A DNA stretch of 64,000 bases, taken from NCBI GenBank assembly GCA_036274475.1, contig DASUFO010000022.1:56295-120294 (forward strand). Reading direction: 5' to 3'. Each line of letters opens with the position of its first letter. The first letter of the stretch is position 1. A model generated the notes under the pieces. It was not told where the DNA came from and ran no database searches. It worked only from the letters and a program-made list of their open reading frames with translations. Positions 57,521-64,000 of this stretch are shown here, piece by piece. Source of the stretch: Candidatus Limnocylindrales bacterium. Its GTDB lineage: Bacteria; Chloroflexota; Limnocylindria; Limnocylindrales; CSP1-4. A program made the translations under genes and the position numbers.

Positions 57521-58576
57521 ATGGACTACCAGGACTATTACCAGACGCTCGGCGTGCCTCGCACCGCGACACAGGCCGAGATCAAGAAGGCGTTCCGCAA
57601 GCTCGCCCGGGAGAATCACCCGGACGCCAACGCCGGCGACGCCGCGTCCGAGAAGCGCTTCAAGCAGATCAACGAGGCCCACGCGGTCCTGTCGGATCCG
57701 GAGAAGCGCAAGAAGTACGACATGCTCGGCGCGAATTGGGAGCAGCTGAGCCGGGCGGGGGCGGGCGCCGGACCGGGGGCCAACCCGTTCGCGGGATTCG
57801 GCCGGTCCGGCGGCGGCGGCAACGTCCGCTACGAGTTTCACACGACCGGCGGCGGGGCCGGCGAGTTCTCTGACTTCTTCCGGATGTTCTTCTCGGAGGG
57901 ATCGCCCCTCGGCGAGGACGCACCCGGTGGCGGCGGATCGGGTCGCGGCCGGCGACCGACCGGCGGGCCAACGTTCGAGGACATCCTTCGCGACATGGGC
58001 ATCGACGGCGCCGCCGTCGGCCGGGGTGACGCGCCGCGGCCGTCCGGCGCCCGAGGCGGCCGTCCGGCTTCGGCGCCCGCGACCGCCGAGGCCGTCGCGG
58101 AGATCACGCTCGAGGAGGCCTTCCACGGCACCACCCGGCGGATCGACGTCCAGGGCAAGCGCCTCGAGGTGACGATCCCCCGCGGAGCCGACAGCGGCAC
58201 GCGAATCAAGCTCAGCGGTCAGGGCCCGGGCGGCGGCGATCTCGTCGTGGTCGTCCGCGTCCGGCCCCACCCGATCTTCAACCGCCGGGGCGCGGATCTC
58301 GAGCGCGATCTGCCGGTCACGCTCGGCGAGGCGTTGCTCGGGGCGGAGGTGCCGGTCACGACGCTGAAGGGCAAGGGTGTGCTGAAGATTCCGGCGGGGA
58401 CCCAGTCGGGGCGGATCTTCCGGCTGAAGGGCCAGGGCATGCCGATCCTGCGCAAGGACGATGTCGGCGACCTGCTCGCGAAGGTCCGGGTCGTCCTGCC
58501 AACCGAACTCTCACAGGAGGCCGAGGCGGCCGCGAAGGCGTTCCTCGATCTCGCCGATCAACCAGACCCTCGATGA
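57521..58576 (+). CDS. J-domain co-chaperone lacking the zinc-finger domain (CbpA/class II type)
   Basis: Motif: [34 protein letters not shown]-rich linker and two C-terminal beta domains follow. No CxxCxGxG repeats. Confidence 0.88.
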   Translation: MDYQDYYQTLGVPRTATQAEIKKAFRKLARENHPDANAGDAASEKRFKQINEAHAVLSDPEKRKKYDMLGANWEQLSRAGAGAGPGANPFAGFGRSGGGGNVRYEFHTTGGGAGEFSDFFRMFFSEGSPLGEDAPGGGGSGRGRRPTGGPTFEDILRDMGIDGAAVGRGDAPRPSGARGGRPASAPATAEAVAEITLEEAFHGTTRRIDVQGKRLEVTIPRGADSGTRIKLSGQGPGGGDLVVVVRVRPHPIFNRRGADLERDLPVTLGEALLGAEVPVTTLKGKGVLKIPAGTQSGRIFRLKGQGMPILRKDDVGDLLAKVRVVLPTELSQEAEAAAKAFLDLADQPDPR

Positions 58577-58625
58577 CGACACGACGCCGCGGCGCGAGAC
58601 ACGCCGCGACTCCCGGAGACCGCGC

Positions 58626-61400
<2,775 letters not shown>

Positions 61401-61480
61401 TCGACCGGCTCACGTTCGCGAGCGTCGCGGCCCGACTCGAGGGGCTTCCCAGGCGGCTGCCCGAGCCGCCGGCCGACCTC

Positions 61481-62050
61481 ATGCCGGTGCGACTCGGCGA
61501 GACCGGCCGGCCCGCGTGGCCGGGGTCGATCGCGGATGCCCGGCCTGCCGCCGTCCTCGTGCTCGTGGTCCCCGGCGTGGCGGAGGGTGATCGCGGCCCG
61601 GCCGACGTCGTGCTGATCGAGCGGACGACGGGCGGAACCCATCACTCCGGCGAGGTGTCGTTTCCGGGCGGCCGGGCCGAGGCCGGCGACGCCGACCTCG
61701 TTGCGACCGCGCTCCGCGAGGCGAACGAGGAGATCGGCCTCGATGCGGCGGCCGCGGACGTGCGCGTCGTGGGCACGATCGAGCCGTTTTGGATCCCCGT
61801 CAGCAACTTCAGCGTGACCGCGGTGGTCGCGGTCGCCGGTCGTCGCCCGTCGCTCGTCGCCTCCCCCGACGAGGTCGCCGCGATCGTCGAGGCGCCGCTG
61901 ACGGCGTTCGTCCCGCCGGCTCCGATCGAGATTGTCGAGCGCGACTTCCGCGAGTGGCGGGTCCGGTACGGGGGCTACCGAATCGGCGAGCTCCACGTCT
62001 GGGGCGCGACCGCCCGGATCCTCGGCCAACTCGGCGCATTTCTCGCCTGA
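61481..62050 (+). CDS. NUDIX hydrolase, CoA pyrophosphatase-like
   Basis: Motif: GEVSFPGGRAEAGDADLVATALREANEEIGL. The frame stays open upstream to the clpB stop, so the true start may be earlier or non-canonical. Confidence 0.8.
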   Translation: MPVRLGETGRPAWPGSIADARPAAVLVLVVPGVAEGDRGPADVVLIERTTGGTHHSGEVSFPGGRAEAGDADLVATALREANEEIGLDAAAADVRVVGTIEPFWIPVSNFSVTAVVAVAGRRPSLVASPDEVAAIVEAPLTAFVPPAPIEIVERDFREWRVRYGGYRIGELHVWGATARILGQLGAFLA

Positions 62051-62263
62051 CGCAGACCCGGGCGTCGCCGAACGCGTCGAGACGTTGTAGGCGAGAGAAG
62101 CTTCGTTGAGCTGAGCGAAGTCCTCAGGACCCGCTGTTAGCTCGAAACTGCTTCGCCGGGACGCTGGGGATCAGCCTGGAACGGCTGGTCCACTTTGCCT
62201 ATTGACGAGCAATCAGGAATATGGCTGAGTGCTCGGTAACTGCAATTTGCAGACGGACCGGGC

Positions 62264-63001
62264 TTGCTGGGGGGCCCCGTGACACGCCGCGCAGTCGTCG
62301 CCGTTGTCTCCGCCGTCGCGTTGATAGTAGGGACGGGTGGTCAATTCAGCGGCCCGCCGTTCGTCCTCGCCGCGTGCGCCAAGGAGGAGGCCGGCGCCGA
62401 CGCTGGCACGTCGGTCACCGCCGATGGCGCCAAGATGGCTTGGAAAGCCAGGGCCCTGACGACCACAGACTGGGCAAGTGGTGGGTTCGCAGCCCAGGTC
62501 ATGTGGGTTGGCACAAACAACACGGAAGAGACGCTTCGGTGGGTCGAGGCCGGAATAACCCGCGGATGGCAGGGAACGAATGTCCTGACTGCGTATACGG
62601 CGCACGGCGACTTCATTCACAGCCCACCGATCTACGCAGAGCATCGCTGGACGTCGCCCTCCATCACATTGGGAAACACGTACACATTCGCCGGGTTCTA
62701 CAACACGACCAATACGTACAGGACGACGGTGAATGGGAACGCGAACTCGTGGGATTGGTCGGGCCACACCTCTGGAACGAGTAGCTGGTCGGGTGGGTCG
62801 GAGAGCACATGTGGTCCACCGAGTGTTGTTAGCAAGACTTGGGTGTCGCTCAACCAATACCGGCGCGCCTCAGACAAGGTCTATGTGAATACAGCCGCTG
62901 GCTCTCTCTTCGACATCTCACCGAATGGTGGGTCTGCGTGGTGCGTTGCGCCCAGGACATTCCGGTATTGGATGAATGCGGCTTCCGCAGGCTGCTCTTG
63001 A
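62264..63001 (+). CDS. Secreted or lipid-anchored hypothetical protein, Trp/Thr/Asn/Gly-rich, in the low-GC islet
   Basis: Signal-like N-terminus with a possible lipobox (FVLAACA). Start at the TTG at 62264 or the GTG at 62279. Codon usage is clearly less GC3-biased than in neighbours. Predicted all-beta composition. Confidence 0.6.
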   Translation: MLGGPVTRRAVVAVVSAVALIVGTGGQFSGPPFVLAACAKEEAGADAGTSVTADGAKMAWKARALTTTDWASGGFAAQVMWVGTNNTEETLRWVEAGITRGWQGTNVLTAYTAHGDFIHSPPIYAEHRWTSPSITLGNTYTFAGFYNTTNTYRTTVNGNANSWDWSGHTSGTSSWSGGSESTCGPPSVVSKTWVSLNQYRRASDKVYVNTAAGSLFDISPNGGSAWCVAPRTFRYWMNAASAGCS

Positions 63002-63056
63002 AACTACGGATGGCTCTGTGGCGTGCCTCAGATAGTCATCGTTCGAGGACAAACGA

Positions 63057-63554
63057 ATGAGTACCCTCGGCAAACCGGAGTCGACTTACGTTCGTCCCAC
63101 AAGCGGACTGTCTGCCGGCATCCGATCCACGCTCATCGCCATGCTCCTGCTAGGTATTGCCGCAGTAATCGCAATTGCCGTCGTCAACGCCCGATCGGGC
63201 GCGGGGGCCCAGACCTACCCGGTAACCGAGACAGTCGCCGCACACGCCATGAGTTCCACTGCTGTCGCAGATAAGGTCATCGCACGCCTCGTGTCCATGG
63301 GCAGCCCGGGGTCGCAGGCAAGGATCGTCAAGATGACGGTGACAACGGGAGCTGATGCCGTGCGGTACGAAACCAGAGCGGGCCGCCCCCCGGCGAACTC
63401 GCGAGATGCGTCGGCAGTCGTGTGGGTCGTCCGAGCCGAGGGCGCTTTCGTCGGCCTTCGAATTCCACCGGGGGCTGATCCGATTGTTTCCCCGACTGGT
63501 TACTTCATCGTCGATGATGCTACGGGTGAAATCATCGAAATGGGGATGCCCTAA
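63057..63554 (+). CDS. Membrane-anchored hypothetical protein in the low-GC islet
   Basis: The ATG is preceded by GAGGA. Single helix: STLIAMLLLGIAAVIAIAVV. A soluble domain of about 110 aa ends in GYFIVDDATGEIIEMG. Confidence 0.6.
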   Translation: MSTLGKPESTYVRPTSGLSAGIRSTLIAMLLLGIAAVIAIAVVNARSGAGAQTYPVTETVAAHAMSSTAVADKVIARLVSMGSPGSQARIVKMTVTTGADAVRYETRAGRPPANSRDASAVVWVVRAEGAFVGLRIPPGADPIVSPTGYFIVDDATGEIIEMGMP

Positions 63555-63777
63555 CGTCTGATCCCCGTTGGCCTTGCGGGGCATTCTGAGTCCGCGCCCG
63601 AGCCCTTCACTTCGCTTGATCAGCGCCGCCAAAGCGACGGGGGAGTCTGTACTTCGCGATTAGCCAGAGTGGCCTGCGCGAAACCTGGATCCGCCAGGCA
63701 CCTGCGCCGATGACGACCGGCTCCGGATATTCCTCCGCCACGTCGGAGATGATTCGCCGGTTCGCGTGGCCGTAGAC

Positions 63778-64000
63778 CTAGAGCGGCTCGCCTTCTGTCC
63801 GATCGTGGACGGCCGTCTCCGGTCGCGGCGCCAGCTCCCCATCGGCCTTCGCGACGCGCGGCTCGCCCGGCCCCAGCTCTCGCGCCGAGCCCGGCAGGAT
63901 GCCTCGGACGAAGGAGTCGTCCGAGCCCGCGAACTCGACGACGAACGCCCGCATGTGGGAGTAGTCGGTCCAGGCGCCGTGGATCTCGTTCGGCGGCCAA
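63778..64000 (-). CDS. 3' end of a gene that starts beyond the right window edge (function unknown). Not in the ORF track.
   Basis: My own minus-strand translation from 63999 gives WPPNEIHGAWTDYSHMRAFVVEFAGSDDSFVRGILPGSARELGPGEPRV.. with high GC3, ending in TAG at 63778-63780. The listed ORF 63620..64000 is in another frame and is Arg/Gly-rich. Confidence 0.5.
   Translation of the reverse strand, partial: WPPNEIHGAWTDYSHMRAFVVEFAGSDDSFVRGILPGSARELGPGEPRVAKADGELAPRPETAVHDRTEGEPL

Noticed and set aside
62051-63620. Prophage, IS element or integrative element
   Set aside because: I found no integrase, transposase, tRNA target, terminal inverted repeats or flanking direct repeats. Only the compositional shift supports foreign origin.
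63620-64000. Listed 126-aa minus-strand ORF at the right edge
   Set aside because: The translation is Arg/Gly-rich nonsense. A different minus-strand frame gives a protein-like, GC3-biased reading, which I reported instead as a partial CDS.

Overview
High-GC chromosomal segment (roughly 70% G+C by eye, strong GC3 bias) from an actinobacterium-like organism. I call about 55 protein-coding genes. I recognised no rRNA, tRNA, CRISPR array, transposase or integrase. Many long ORFs in the track are antisense or off-frame shadow ORFs with Arg/Pro/Gly-rich translations, and I rejected them. Several listed ORFs needed internal starts, which I chose from start/stop overlaps and Shine-Dalgarno sites.

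Layout:
- 1-23.4 kb: a large glycan-utilisation supercluster. It holds a tandem MBL-fold protein, a GH-D-like hydrolase, a sugar ABC importer without an ATPase, a nine-gene translationally coupled operon (ROK kinase, SIS, GH38, GH2, unknown, PMI, GH1, PfkB kinase, LacD/YihT-like aldolase), and a convergent GH4-nagB-BadF-kinase operon.
- 23.7-27.9 kb: a secreted multidomain GH13 amylase of about 1400 aa.
- 28.2-31.5 kb: a five-gene tightly coupled operon (two small unknowns, a PD-(D/E)xK-like protein, an acyl-ACP-thioesterase-fold protein, an amidohydrolase). This is my best candidate for an undescribed system.
- 31.6-35.7 kb: acyP, holB, a NYN-domain protein with a roughly 470-aa RG-rich and histone-like tail, and a GNAT.
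- 36.1-41.8 kb: a liv-type ABC importer whose LivG carries a two-helix hydrophobic insertion, followed by an Asp-box lipoprotein.
- 43.9-48.0 kb: a Zn-ribbon/unknown/hpt operon divergent from csoR across a CsoR-type palindrome, with csoR followed by an orphan histidine kinase.
- 48.0-49.0 kb: paired DnaA-box-like inverted repeats upstream of an rsmG gene. That gene has no canonical start codon and is absent from the ORF track.
- 49.1-53.7 kb: a metallophosphoesterase, then an APC permease, a USP and two TrkA paralogues.
- 53.9-61.4 kb: a heat-shock cluster (hsp20, hspR, lon, J-protein, clpB). Lon has an altered Walker A motif.
- 62.1-63.6 kb: a low-GC two-gene islet, then a gene running off the window that carries an in-frame stop or remnant.

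All functional calls come from motif recognition by eye. No database search was run.
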